DNA of 64,000 nucleotides from an uncultured bacterium (GTDB lineage: Bacteria > AUK180): contig CALMGJ010000012.1 of the NCBI GenBank assembly GCA_937863565.1, forward strand, positions 124,001 through 188,000, in the 5' to 3' direction. The notes below the pieces were generated by a model, which was not told the origin of the DNA, did no database searches, and saw only the letters and a program-made list of their open reading frames with translations. Position 1 is the first letter of the stretch. Every line of letters starts with the position of its first letter. A program made the translations under genes and the position numbers. Shown one piece after another: positions 18,045 to 27,515 of the stretch.

Positions 18045-19016
18045 ATGAAAAAATTCCTGCAGAAAAACGACATAATGTCATTTTGGATACTTGCGATCCT
18101 GCTTTCAATTCTGCTGATACCGGCCTTCATTGCCGTTGATAATAAATATCCCGATACATTTAAAGAAGTGGATAAGATCACGCAGGGCAAGGGGTACAAT
18201 ACCAATATTGTCTATTCAGTGCCGATAGTCGGGAAGGTCAAAGGCGGCCTCTGTTGGATATTTATGCTTCTGGTGCTTCCCTTCACGGCATCGCTCTCGG
18301 CCATGATAATGGCCTCTATCACAAAAGGGAAGGACGGTCTCAAGGAGCTTTTCTCGCGTTTCCGGTTCTGGGCTCCGGATATCGGCTGGAAAAAGGGTAT
18401 CAAGATTTGGCTTCAGGCGATCGGGGTACTGCTGTTCATTAACATGCTCAATTCGGTAATGCTCAATTGGGAAGCAGAAGTACCCAAGGGGGATCTTTTT
18501 ACGTTCAACTCTGTTTACGGCTTCCGGGAAATGGTCTTTATTTTCATTACGAGCCTGTTCTTCGACGGCGGAGGCCTTATGGAAGAGGTCGGATGGAGGG
18601 GATTTGCGCTTCCCCGGCTTCAGAAAAAATTCACTCCGCTGAAAGCGAGCATTATCCTTGGCTTGATATGGGCCATATGGCATATGCCGGTCAAGATCAG
18701 TCAGGTGAATCCTTTCAGCGATCTTGCCGGGTTTTTGTTCTTCTATCTTATTTTCTCCATCATATGCATTCTGTTCACTATCGTAATAGTCTATTTCTAC
18801 AACCGCCTTGGCGGAAGCATACTTGTGGCCATCGCGATCCACGGCATGATAAACGATTCTGCCGGCATTCAAAGGATCTTCAATGCGCCCGGCCTTGAAA
18901 TAACCGGCAGCATGGCAACATTTATCCATATTATCCCATTTTTGGTTGCGGCCTTGATCATTCTGTACATCGATCCGAATCTCGGATTAAAGAGAACGGG
19001 AGTTGAGAAAGTGTAA
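18045..19016 (+). CDS. CPBP family intramembrane glutamic endopeptidase (CAAX/Abi protease)
   Basis: MEEVGWRGF, IWAIWH, AIHGMIND; multiple TM segments. Confidence 0.9.
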   Translation: MKKFLQKNDIMSFWILAILLSILLIPAFIAVDNKYPDTFKEVDKITQGKGYNTNIVYSVPIVGKVKGGLCWIFMLLVLPFTASLSAMIMASITKGKDGLKELFSRFRFWAPDIGWKKGIKIWLQAIGVLLFINMLNSVMLNWEAEVPKGDLFTFNSVYGFREMVFIFITSLFFDGGGLMEEVGWRGFALPRLQKKFTPLKASIILGLIWAIWHMPVKISQVNPFSDLAGFLFFYLIFSIICILFTIVIVYFYNRLGGSILVAIAIHGMINDSAGIQRIFNAPGLEITGSMATFIHIIPFLVAALIILYIDPNLGLKRTGVEKV

Positions 19017-19018
19017 CC

Positions 19019-19049
19019 AGGGACGGTGGTTGAAAAAGGTGAAAATTCG
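19019..19049 (+). repeat. GGGACGG-core repeat
   Basis: AGGGACGGTGGTTGAAAAAGGTGAAA identical to the first 26 nt of the 15104 copy; 2 nt after the CPBP stop. Confidence 0.9.
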
Positions 19050-19072
19050 GAGAAGACAAAAGGGGGAGCCGG

Positions 19073-19450
19073 GTGCACTGGTATTTCAGGGTATTGAGTA
19101 AATACGCCTGCTTTGAAGGACGGGCCTCCAGAAGAGAATTCTGGACATTCCATATATACGATTCGATCATATTAATACTGGCAATCATGGCCGATCAATA
19201 TTACGGATTGGCCTTCAAAGGTATTGATATAGGAATGGCTACACTTATCTATGGTTTGATAAGACTCATTCCGATCTATGCCGTGATCGTGAGAAGGCTT
19301 CACGACACAGGGAAAAGCGGCTGGTATTATTTCATACACCTCATTCCATTCGCGGGTCCAGTATTGCTTCTTATCGCGTACCTGACCCCGGGTAATACAG
19401 GGCCGAATCAATACGGCCCCGATCCCCTTACCGAGAATGAATTTCAATAA
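19073..19450 (+). CDS. DUF805 membrane protein (YhaH/YhaI-like)
   Basis: KYACFEGRASRREFW, VRRLHDTGKSGW, GPNQYGPDP. Confidence 0.9.
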   Translation: MHWYFRVLSKYACFEGRASRREFWTFHIYDSIILILAIMADQYYGLAFKGIDIGMATLIYGLIRLIPIYAVIVRRLHDTGKSGWYYFIHLIPFAGPVLLLIAYLTPGNTGPNQYGPDPLTENEFQ

Positions 19451-19469
19451 GAGGGACAAGACAGTGAGG

Positions 19470-19800
<331 letters not shown>

Positions 19801-19805
19801 AGGAG

Positions 19806-20675
19806 ATGATGATGAAAAAGGATAGAATAGTGAGGCGGACAATAATCCTTATGCTGCTGATCCCCGTGTATATTATGTTGACCGGGGCTTCGACGATCAA
19901 ACCGTGCCGAGGGATATTCAATGAACAAACAGATATCTTCCTCGGCTTGCCGGGCATTATCGATGTGCGGGCTTTACTTTTAAAAAGTCTGACTCAAAAT
20001 TCCGGAGAGATAATCATAAACGGAACAATTATTGAAAGGGAAGAAAAATGGGACCGCCGCCCGAATGAATTGATGGGACGCCCCGATATCCTGAAGGAGA
20101 TTATTCTTTCGGTGAATGTGGATTCTGTAGTCCAGGGCCATATTCCGCCGGGAATCGTTCTCGTTTCCATAAAGGGGCGGGAATTAATAATTGAATACAA
20201 AGCCGTGCCGAGGGGTGCCCGCGGCGTCTTCCGCCTTAAAGGCGAGAAACCTCCGTATACTTTGACGGCATTTGAAAAGAAAGGTACGGACGTGAAGATC
20301 AAAGAAAAGCCCGGCAGTAAACCGAAGGACGGGAACAAACCGAAACCCTCTCCAGAACCATACCTTAACCCCAAGGGAGAACTTACCGAAGCGCAAATGG
20401 ATGAAATGCTGAAAACGCCGGAAAGAATATTGGGGAAATTCATTAAGGGTTCGAAATCATTCCAGATAAAAGCGGTCAAGACGATCGCCCGGGAATACGG
20501 AATGATAGAAGCGAGTATTAAAATTATGATAACGAACACAGGCCCGAGACCTCCGGAGGGCGGTTATGTGCTCTGGGGCGTGAAGGGGAAGATCAAGGGC
20601 AAGTGGCATATCTGGCAGGGAGGAAAGATAAAAAAGGGAGAGGAACTTGATGATCCGCACAGATATGACAAGTAG
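19806..20675 (+). CDS. Hypothetical exported protein
   Basis: Signal-peptide-like N-terminus and Pro/Lys linker (KPGSKPKDGNKPKPSPEP); no family recognised. Confidence 0.6.
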   Translation: MMMKKDRIVRRTIILMLLIPVYIMLTGASTIKPCRGIFNEQTDIFLGLPGIIDVRALLLKSLTQNSGEIIINGTIIEREEKWDRRPNELMGRPDILKEIILSVNVDSVVQGHIPPGIVLVSIKGRELIIEYKAVPRGARGVFRLKGEKPPYTLTAFEKKGTDVKIKEKPGSKPKDGNKPKPSPEPYLNPKGELTEAQMDEMLKTPERILGKFIKGSKSFQIKAVKTIAREYGMIEASIKIMITNTGPRPPEGGYVLWGVKGKIKGKWHIWQGGKIKKGEELDDPHRYDK

Positions 20676-20725
20676 AAATGAACAATGAATAATTGGGAAT
20701 TGAGAATTGACAATTGAGAATTGAG
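20676..20725 (+). repeat. Heptamer repeat tract
   Basis: AATGAAC AATGAAT AATTGGG AATTGAG AATTGAC AATTGAG AATTGAG. Confidence 0.85.
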
Positions 20726-20738
20726 GAAAAGAAAGGTC

Positions 20739-22559
20739 ATGAATGATGTATTTGACCTGCGCGCGCTTTATATCTCTTCTTTAATGAAAAGATCGGATAT
20801 TTATTTTCTCACCGGTCAGGTTGATAAGGCATTATCGGATAATGAAGAAGTGATCCGTTCGGCGAAAGATACGGCTCTTCGCGCTAAAGCTCAGTTGAAG
20901 GGTGCGGAGATGCACAGGTCGCTGGCGAATTATGAGGAGGCGATGAAGATCCTTTCTTCCGATACGCTAAAGAAAGCGGCTCGCAATGACGGGGCGCATG
21001 CCTTCATAAGCGCTGAGACGGATGTGATAACAGCTTTGATATTGAAGGCTCAAGGCAATATCGATGAAGCGGAGAAAAAATGCCGCGATGCGATCGAAGG
21101 AATCGAGAGGGCCGCGCCCGCCTCCGATCTTTTCAACAGGGAGTGGATATTGCTGAAAGCGTATAATAATCTCGGGACCATAGGGTTGGACAGGGGTAAA
21201 TTCGATTCGGCGCTGCATAATTATTCAAAATCTCTGGACATTGCGAAAAAGATCAATGACATTCTCTCCATGGGAAAGATTTACGGCAATATGGGAAATA
21301 TCAGTCTTTACCTTTGGCGCAATGCCGATGCGGTAAAAAATTATGAGAAAGCGCTTGAGATATTCTCCAGAACGGGCGATCTCATCGGGATGGGGCTCGT
21401 TTACGGGAATCTCGGGCTGATCTATAAAAACGAAGGGAAATACAGGCTTGCCAAAACGTACTATGAAAAGTGCCTTGTGATAAATGAAAAGACCAAAGAC
21501 CGCGGCGGACTTGCAAGGAATTCGGGCAATCTCGGGACGGTCTGTGAAAGGCTGGGCGACAGGAAAAAGGCATTGTATTACTACAATATAAGTCTGAAGA
21601 TCAATTTGGAGATGAAGGATATAATGGGCATAGGAAAGGTTTACGGGAATCTCGGATATTTCTATTCCGGTACGGGAGATTTGACACGTTCACGGCTTTG
21701 CTTTTTAAAATCAGTGAATTATTCGGAAAGAGCCTCGGATAAACTTTCCATGAGCATCGCATTGAACGATCTTGCAATGCTTTCCGGCAGGAAAATGAAA
21801 TTCGGGCCCGCCTTCGCCTATCTGAAAAGATCGGGGAAGATCTCACGGGAGATCAATGACATGAAGGGACTTTCCTTTGCCCTCTCCGATATGGGGACTA
21901 TGTTCTCAAGAATGGGAGAATATAAGAAGGCCGCCAAGTGCTATTTAGAAAGTCTTGAATGCTCTTTGAAAGAAGGTTTCAAAACGGGGATCCATGCCGG
22001 TTCCCTGCTGCTCGGCATTGCCTTGATGGATGATGGGGATCTCGAAAGATCGCATAAATATCTCGAGGATGCGCAAACAATGCACTCCGGGAGGGAAATG
22101 GACAATTGGGGAGCATTATGCATTATCTACAATGCGCTTCTGAAATTATTAAGAGGAAAGAGCGAGAAAGACTATTACCTTGCCCTGAAGGAGTATTCGG
22201 GTTCCCGGGAATACGGCAGATTTTTAAGCTCCGATACGGATAAAATAGAATTCCTTTTGGCTTCCGCCCGTTTTGAGAGAGAGTATTTCACGAAGTCTCC
22301 CGGAAAAAAAGAACACTTCAAAAACGCAAAAAAATATTATATGGCGGCGGCGAAGATTTTTTCCGGTAAAGAGTATCAGGATTATAAAGCGGATGCTCTG
22401 AGCGGTCTGGCCGCTCTTCTGACCTTTGCTGCTGCCGGGAACGAGGGAAAGAAAGATGCGCGAATGAAGGAACAGGCGGCACGGGCGATGAGCGCGGCCA
22501 GAAAGATATATTTAAAATACGGACTTAAGAAGAAAGCGGCGGAAAACAATGAAAACTGA
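20739..22559 (+). CDS. Tetratricopeptide repeat protein (TPR_12-like)
   Basis: Repeated YNNLG/YGNLG...A...Y.K.L.I units. ATG 20739 preferred because TTG 20721 lies in the repeat tract. Confidence 0.85.
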   Translation: MNDVFDLRALYISSLMKRSDIYFLTGQVDKALSDNEEVIRSAKDTALRAKAQLKGAEMHRSLANYEEAMKILSSDTLKKAARNDGAHAFISAETDVITALILKAQGNIDEAEKKCRDAIEGIERAAPASDLFNREWILLKAYNNLGTIGLDRGKFDSALHNYSKSLDIAKKINDILSMGKIYGNMGNISLYLWRNADAVKNYEKALEIFSRTGDLIGMGLVYGNLGLIYKNEGKYRLAKTYYEKCLVINEKTKDRGGLARNSGNLGTVCERLGDRKKALYYYNISLKINLEMKDIMGIGKVYGNLGYFYSGTGDLTRSRLCFLKSVNYSERASDKLSMSIALNDLAMLSGRKMKFGPAFAYLKRSGKISREINDMKGLSFALSDMGTMFSRMGEYKKAAKCYLESLECSLKEGFKTGIHAGSLLLGIALMDDGDLERSHKYLEDAQTMHSGREMDNWGALCIIYNALLKLLRGKSEKDYYLALKEYSGSREYGRFLSSDTDKIEFLLASARFEREYFTKSPGKKEHFKNAKKYYMAAAKIFSGKEYQDYKADALSGLAALLTFAAAGNEGKKDARMKEQAARAMSAARKIYLKYGLKKKAAENNEN

Positions 22560-22610
22560 ATAATGAACAATTGACAATGGACAATGGACGATTGATAATT
22601 AGACGAAGGG
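22555..22610 (+). repeat. Heptamer repeat tract
   Basis: AATGAAC AATTGAC AATGGAC AATGGAC GATTGAT. Confidence 0.8.
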
Positions 22611-22626
22611 AAGTTAAAAATAAGAA

Positions 22627-23697
22627 ATGAAAAATATAAATATTGAATTCCTTTATTATAAAGCTCTTATGGAAAGGGGCGATGTTTACAGGTTCATTGG
22701 CAATTCCGTTTCGGCAAGAAACGATTATGAAATGAGCCTGAAAATAGCCGAAGCAATGCCGGATCCGCTGTTTACTGTTAACATCCTTGAGAAATTGAAC
22801 TTGGCGCTGCATCAGATAAACGATTTTAAAGGCTGTTTGAATGTTCTGGAAAGAGCTCTGACCATTTTACAGAGAATGAACAATAAAAAGGAGCTCGCAA
22901 GTATACTGGGGAATATCGGGAATGTCCTGGAAGATATGGGGCGGTACAATGAAGCCAGAGACAAATTCAAAGAGGCTGAATCTTTGCTTGAGGGGATCGA
23001 TGCTCCGGAATTATTTTGTGAGTTGTTCTCACATCTTGGTCTTCTGTCCGAAAAAGAAGGTAAATTCGAAGAAGCTCTTAAATACCATCAGGACTCCCTG
23101 CGGATCAGGGTCCGTATAGGGAATATCGTAAGTATAGCTCACGAATTTGCCAATATTGGGAATGTTTATTTAAATACAGGAAAATATGATGAAGCACTGA
23201 AACAATATAAAAGGGCACTGGATATATTCATTAAAACCGGAATGCAATATGGTCAAGGCCGCGTTACGAACAATATCGCCGGCATATATATAATGTTAAA
23301 AACATATGATGAAGCAGCTAAATGTTACAAGCGTGCGTCGAGAATATACCTGCATATGGGGGATATGCTCGGGTATGCCACTACATTAAGCGGCATAGGG
23401 TATGCAAGATTGTTCAAGGGGAAGATCAATGAGGCTCTGAGATATTTTAAAATGCAACTTAAGATCGCCCGGGAAGCGGGTCATGCGCCGACTTTGCTCA
23501 TTGCACTTCTGAATGCAGCAAGAGCTCATTGCGAGGCATTAGACAGGAAAAACTGTGAAAAAAACCTTCAAGAGGTTGAAAATAATGTGGAGAAACTTGG
23601 TTCAAAAGCAGCTATGGATAATATGCGTGATAAAGTAACCGGAATGAGAAAAAGGCTGGAGGAGTACGAAAAAAAAGCGAATATTAAAAAGAATTGA
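22627..23697 (+). CDS. Tetratricopeptide repeat protein
   Basis: LGNIGNV, ANIGNVYLNTGKYDEAL, NNIAGIY repeats. Confidence 0.85.
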   Translation: MKNINIEFLYYKALMERGDVYRFIGNSVSARNDYEMSLKIAEAMPDPLFTVNILEKLNLALHQINDFKGCLNVLERALTILQRMNNKKELASILGNIGNVLEDMGRYNEARDKFKEAESLLEGIDAPELFCELFSHLGLLSEKEGKFEEALKYHQDSLRIRVRIGNIVSIAHEFANIGNVYLNTGKYDEALKQYKRALDIFIKTGMQYGQGRVTNNIAGIYIMLKTYDEAAKCYKRASRIYLHMGDMLGYATTLSGIGYARLFKGKINEALRYFKMQLKIAREAGHAPTLLIALLNAARAHCEALDRKNCEKNLQEVENNVEKLGSKAAMDNMRDKVTGMRKRLEEYEKKANIKKN

Positions 23698-23856
23698 GAA
23701 ATGAGAGCCGGGTGAGACGTAATGAACAATGAATAATGAAGAATGAAAAATGAAAACGAATATGAAAAATAAAGGAATAGGGAATAGCCCGGATAGAGAC
23801 AATATTGAATTATTAGGAAAAAAAACGTATATTTAAGAAAGTCGCTGAGGACGAGA

Positions 23857-26829
23857 ATGAAAAAGTTCGCAGTTGGGATTTTAATACTGTTTATATATGC
23901 CGGCGCATATACCGCTGATTTTATCGTTACTAATACTAATGATTCCGGCGCCGGTTCTCTTCGACAGGCCATCGCAGATGCTGAGGGGAATACCGGACCG
24001 GATATGATAACGTTTTCCTGTACCGGGACGATATGCATCACTTCCCAATACAATGTCGGCCTTTCTTCCGGAGGTATAAGCATCTTAGGGGATACAGCCC
24101 ACGGGATCATTATTGACGGAACAAATAACAATACGGCCGGCGCGCTCAATTGCTTCAGATTGTATAATAATATCACGCTCTCCGGCCTCGTTATTGTTGG
24201 TTCGCATTCAAACGGGATCTTCGTATACGGAAATAACAATAAAGTGGAGAACTGCTATATCGGAGTAGATTCTGACGGCGTTACCGCGCATGGGAATACG
24301 GAAGAAGGTATTTATATCTATGCCGACAGCGCTAATAATATCATAGGCGGCTCCCCGGAGAAAGGCAATGTGATCTCAGGGAACGGCCAAAGCGGCGTGA
24401 AACTATGGGGTGTCAGCAATAGCAACAATGAAGTAAGCGGAAATCTCATAGGGACCGATCATACGGGGAGTACCGCTGTTCCCAATGCCATATACGGCGT
24501 AAATGTGCAAAACTTCGGAACGGGTAATGTGCTCGGAGGTGATATAGATCTGAAGCCTAATGTTATCTCGGGGAACGATTCTTACGGCATATTCTTAAAG
24601 AGTCTGATAAATTATCCGGAAAGCATATCCGTTATCGGCAATCTAATCGGAACTGACATCACAGGGACTTCGGCTATCCCGAATGGCGGATGCGGAATTT
24701 ACTTGAAGCAGGTCACCAATTTCACGGTAGGCAGTACAGTTGAAAGTGAAAGGAACGTGATCTCCGGAAATCCTGACGGTGTGATAATTTATAATTGCAG
24801 TAATGTGAGCATTACAGGCAATTATATCGGAATAAATATCGACGGAACGGCTATTTTAGGCAATACATCAAACGGTATCCGTATCGAACAGTGCACTTCC
24901 GGGAACACCATAGGCGGCAGTATGGACGGCGCAGGGAATGTGATCGGCGGGAACACAAACGGCATCTATCTTACATCCACGTGCACGGAGAATTATATTG
25001 CCGGGAATTACATAGGGACTGATAGAGCAGCTACTGCGGACCTCGGCAATACAGGATACGGCATATATCTTTACGCTTCTCATTATAATATTATCGGCGG
25101 CCCCGGCGTATTTGAAAAGAACCTTCTATCCCGTAACAACATGAGCGCGATCGAGCTGGAATTCGCAGATTATAACACTATGTCCGGAAATGAGATATTG
25201 TACAATGAGCTTTCAGGCATCCATCTCTATTATGCCGATTATAATATTGTGGGCACATCCGGCGCGGGCAACTGTATATCAGGCAACAGCACCGACGGGA
25301 TCCATGTAGACCGCAGCTATGGGACTATTGTGAAGGGGAACCTGATAGGTACCGGGACTGACGGCATATCGAAATACGGCAATGGACAGTATGGCATCAA
25401 TGACGACTGGAGCTCATTGCAAACCCAGATCGGCGGCTCCGCTCCAGGTGAAGGGAATGTGATCTCGGGGAACGGTTCGGACGGCATCTACAATTACGGA
25501 GTGTCTTTCATTTACGGGAATTTCATCGGAACTGATGAATCGGGTCTTCTTGATCTCGGTAACGGAGGATACGGCATTCAAGTGAGATGTTCTGCCGTCA
25601 TAGGAGGCCGATCGGCGGGTGAAGGCAATATCATCGCATACAATGCTCTGACCGGCGCAGGTTCCCATTATACGAATGATGCGATGGTCGTAGGGAACAG
25701 TTTTTACGGCAATGGAGGCCTCGGGATCGATTTCGGCGATCTCGGACCCGAAGAGAACGATTACGGGGATAACAATTCTCCGACGAATTATCCCGAATTC
25801 ACGATAACGCGGACCGGATTAAATACATTTTCCATAGAGATATTCAACTGGCGCGACGTTGATGTGGATATGTATTTTGTGTCATCAGCCACTCTCGGGA
25901 TCCTCGATGCAGCAGATCCCTCCGGTTACGGTGAGGCATATGAGCTTTTTTACTCCACTACTCTTGCGGCAGGATATGTTACGATAGATGATTTCAATTT
26001 CCCGAACGATGCGGTTATCTGCATGACGGCAACAAGCGCATCTGCGGAGAACACGTCGGAGTTCAGTTATAACCGGCCGATGCCGGGCCAAATTATCAGT
26101 GTGGCCGCTGAGGCAGAGGATCTGCCTTATTATACCAAAGTGGGAACAGGAAACTTACATTTCATGACACTTACGCTTACTCCTTCAATGCCCTATGATG
26201 AACTTACCGGAATGGAATTTACGCTTGGCGGTACAGCACAGGAAGGAGATCTTGAAAGAATAGTTGTTTACATAGATGACGGGAACGGGATCTTAGCTCC
26301 GGAGACGGATACGGTTGCCGGTACCGCAACATTCACTGCGGATATAGCAAAAATACTTTTCCAGGATATAATATTCGGGGAATCTCCTATTCTCATGTTC
26401 GTTGTTGCAGACATTGCCGCCGATGCTCAATTGGATGACGAGATCGCGGTTTCACTGACCTCTTCATCTTCGTTTGAATTTAAGGATCCGACGACCTCGG
26501 CAACGGGCTCCTTTCCGGCGACATCGGACCGGACCGTGCTGATGGATTACGAGAACACGCTTGACGGGCTTTCAGTATATCCGAACCCGGCGGTCCTTGG
26601 CACCGGCGCGAACGCTATCAGGTTCAACGGCCTCACCCGTTCGGCGGTGATAGAGATATTCGATATTTCAGGCAAAAAGGTCTTCGGAACAGAAACCTTC
26701 AATGACTTGTACTATGATTGGAATATCACTGATAATAACGGTGAAAGGATCTCTTCCGGAATCTATGTATACTGCGTGAAAAGCGGAGAAACCCGGAATG
26801 TGACGGGTAAGATCTCGGTTATTAAATAA
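23857..26829 (+). CDS. Secreted parallel beta-helix protein with T9SS type-A/FlgD-like C-terminal domain
   Basis: Signal peptide, VTNTNDSGAGSLRQAI, repeated GNVISGN/GNxIGTD, C-terminal VYPNP...IFDISGKKV...W..TDNNG...SGIYVY...GKISVIK. Confidence 0.85.
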   Translation: MKKFAVGILILFIYAGAYTADFIVTNTNDSGAGSLRQAIADAEGNTGPDMITFSCTGTICITSQYNVGLSSGGISILGDTAHGIIIDGTNNNTAGALNCFRLYNNITLSGLVIVGSHSNGIFVYGNNNKVENCYIGVDSDGVTAHGNTEEGIYIYADSANNIIGGSPEKGNVISGNGQSGVKLWGVSNSNNEVSGNLIGTDHTGSTAVPNAIYGVNVQNFGTGNVLGGDIDLKPNVISGNDSYGIFLKSLINYPESISVIGNLIGTDITGTSAIPNGGCGIYLKQVTNFTVGSTVESERNVISGNPDGVIIYNCSNVSITGNYIGINIDGTAILGNTSNGIRIEQCTSGNTIGGSMDGAGNVIGGNTNGIYLTSTCTENYIAGNYIGTDRAATADLGNTGYGIYLYASHYNIIGGPGVFEKNLLSRNNMSAIELEFADYNTMSGNEILYNELSGIHLYYADYNIVGTSGAGNCISGNSTDGIHVDRSYGTIVKGNLIGTGTDGISKYGNGQYGINDDWSSLQTQIGGSAPGEGNVISGNGSDGIYNYGVSFIYGNFIGTDESGLLDLGNGGYGIQVRCSAVIGGRSAGEGNIIAYNALTGAGSHYTNDAMVVGNSFYGNGGLGIDFGDLGPEENDYGDNNSPTNYPEFTITRTGLNTFSIEIFNWRDVDVDMYFVSSATLGILDAADPSGYGEAYELFYSTTLAAGYVTIDDFNFPNDAVICMTATSASAENTSEFSYNRPMPGQIISVAAEAEDLPYYTKVGTGNLHFMTLTLTPSMPYDELTGMEFTLGGTAQEGDLERIVVYIDDGNGILAPETDTVAGTATFTADIAKILFQDIIFGESPILMFVVADIAADAQLDDEIAVSLTSSSSFEFKDPTTSATGSFPATSDRTVLMDYENTLDGLSVYPNPAVLGTGANAIRFNGLTRSAVIEIFDISGKKVFGTETFNDLYYDWNITDNNGERISSGIYVYCVKSGETRNVTGKISVIK

Positions 26830-26916
26830 AACCGTCGGTATGAGGAAAAGGATTGATCTATATGAAAAGGAAGGTAAGAAGGGGAGATAATCTCCCCCGC
26901 ACTTATTCTTTTGAAG

Positions 26917-26945
26917 TTGTAATATTACTCTTTATCTTATATAAT
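26917..26945 (+). promoter_or_regulatory. Sigma70-type promoter
   Basis: TTGTAA-N17-TATAAT upstream of 26983. Confidence 0.55.
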
Positions 26946-26982
26946 ACAGCATGCATGACATGTTCATGATCAAGGAGATAAT

Positions 26983-27507
26983 ATGCTGAAACTCATCGTC
27001 AAATTCCTAAAAGTGATCAATTCAAACGCGGCCATCGGCACTGTGGCGTACAGTATGGCCCTTGGCGCATTAATGGCACAGTATCCCTCTGCCAATATTC
27101 AGTGGATCGGTCTTCTTGTGCTTGTTCTTTTTATATTTAAAATGAATTTCCAGGCATTCCTTCTTTCATTCATAGTCTTCGGATTAATTCCGGCTTTTCT
27201 CCATCCCGCGGCGAATGCGATAGGGAATGTATTGCTTGCAAATCCTGCATATAAGGATATGTGGACAGAATTATACAATTCCCCCTTCGGGTATCTTACG
27301 GGATTTTATAATACCGTGATATTGGGAATGACCGCGCTTTTCATACCTGCATTCCTCATACTGTTCATTTTATTCCTTCTTTTCGTGAAGGTATACCGCG
27401 AGAAATTAAGGGATAAAGTCGCTCAAAGCAAACCCTATAAAGTGTTTGTTAAGATACCGCTCATTTCGAAGATGTTGGCGCTCGCTTCAAAACTTCATAT
27501 GGATTAG
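26983..27507 (+). CDS. TIGR03546-like membrane protein
   Basis: LKVINSN...WTELYNSPF..LTGFYNTVILG...VYREK resembles TIGR03546; paired with the downstream gene. Confidence 0.75.
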   Translation: MLKLIVKFLKVINSNAAIGTVAYSMALGALMAQYPSANIQWIGLLVLVLFIFKMNFQAFLLSFIVFGLIPAFLHPAANAIGNVLLANPAYKDMWTELYNSPFGYLTGFYNTVILGMTALFIPAFLILFILFLLFVKVYREKLRDKVAQSKPYKVFVKIPLISKMLALASKLHMD

Positions 27508-27515
27508 GAGCAGAT

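Noticed and set aside
15100-19050. Canonical integron with attC sites
   Set aside because: No paired RYYYAAC...GTTRRRY imperfect palindromes were seen and no integron integrase is in the window.
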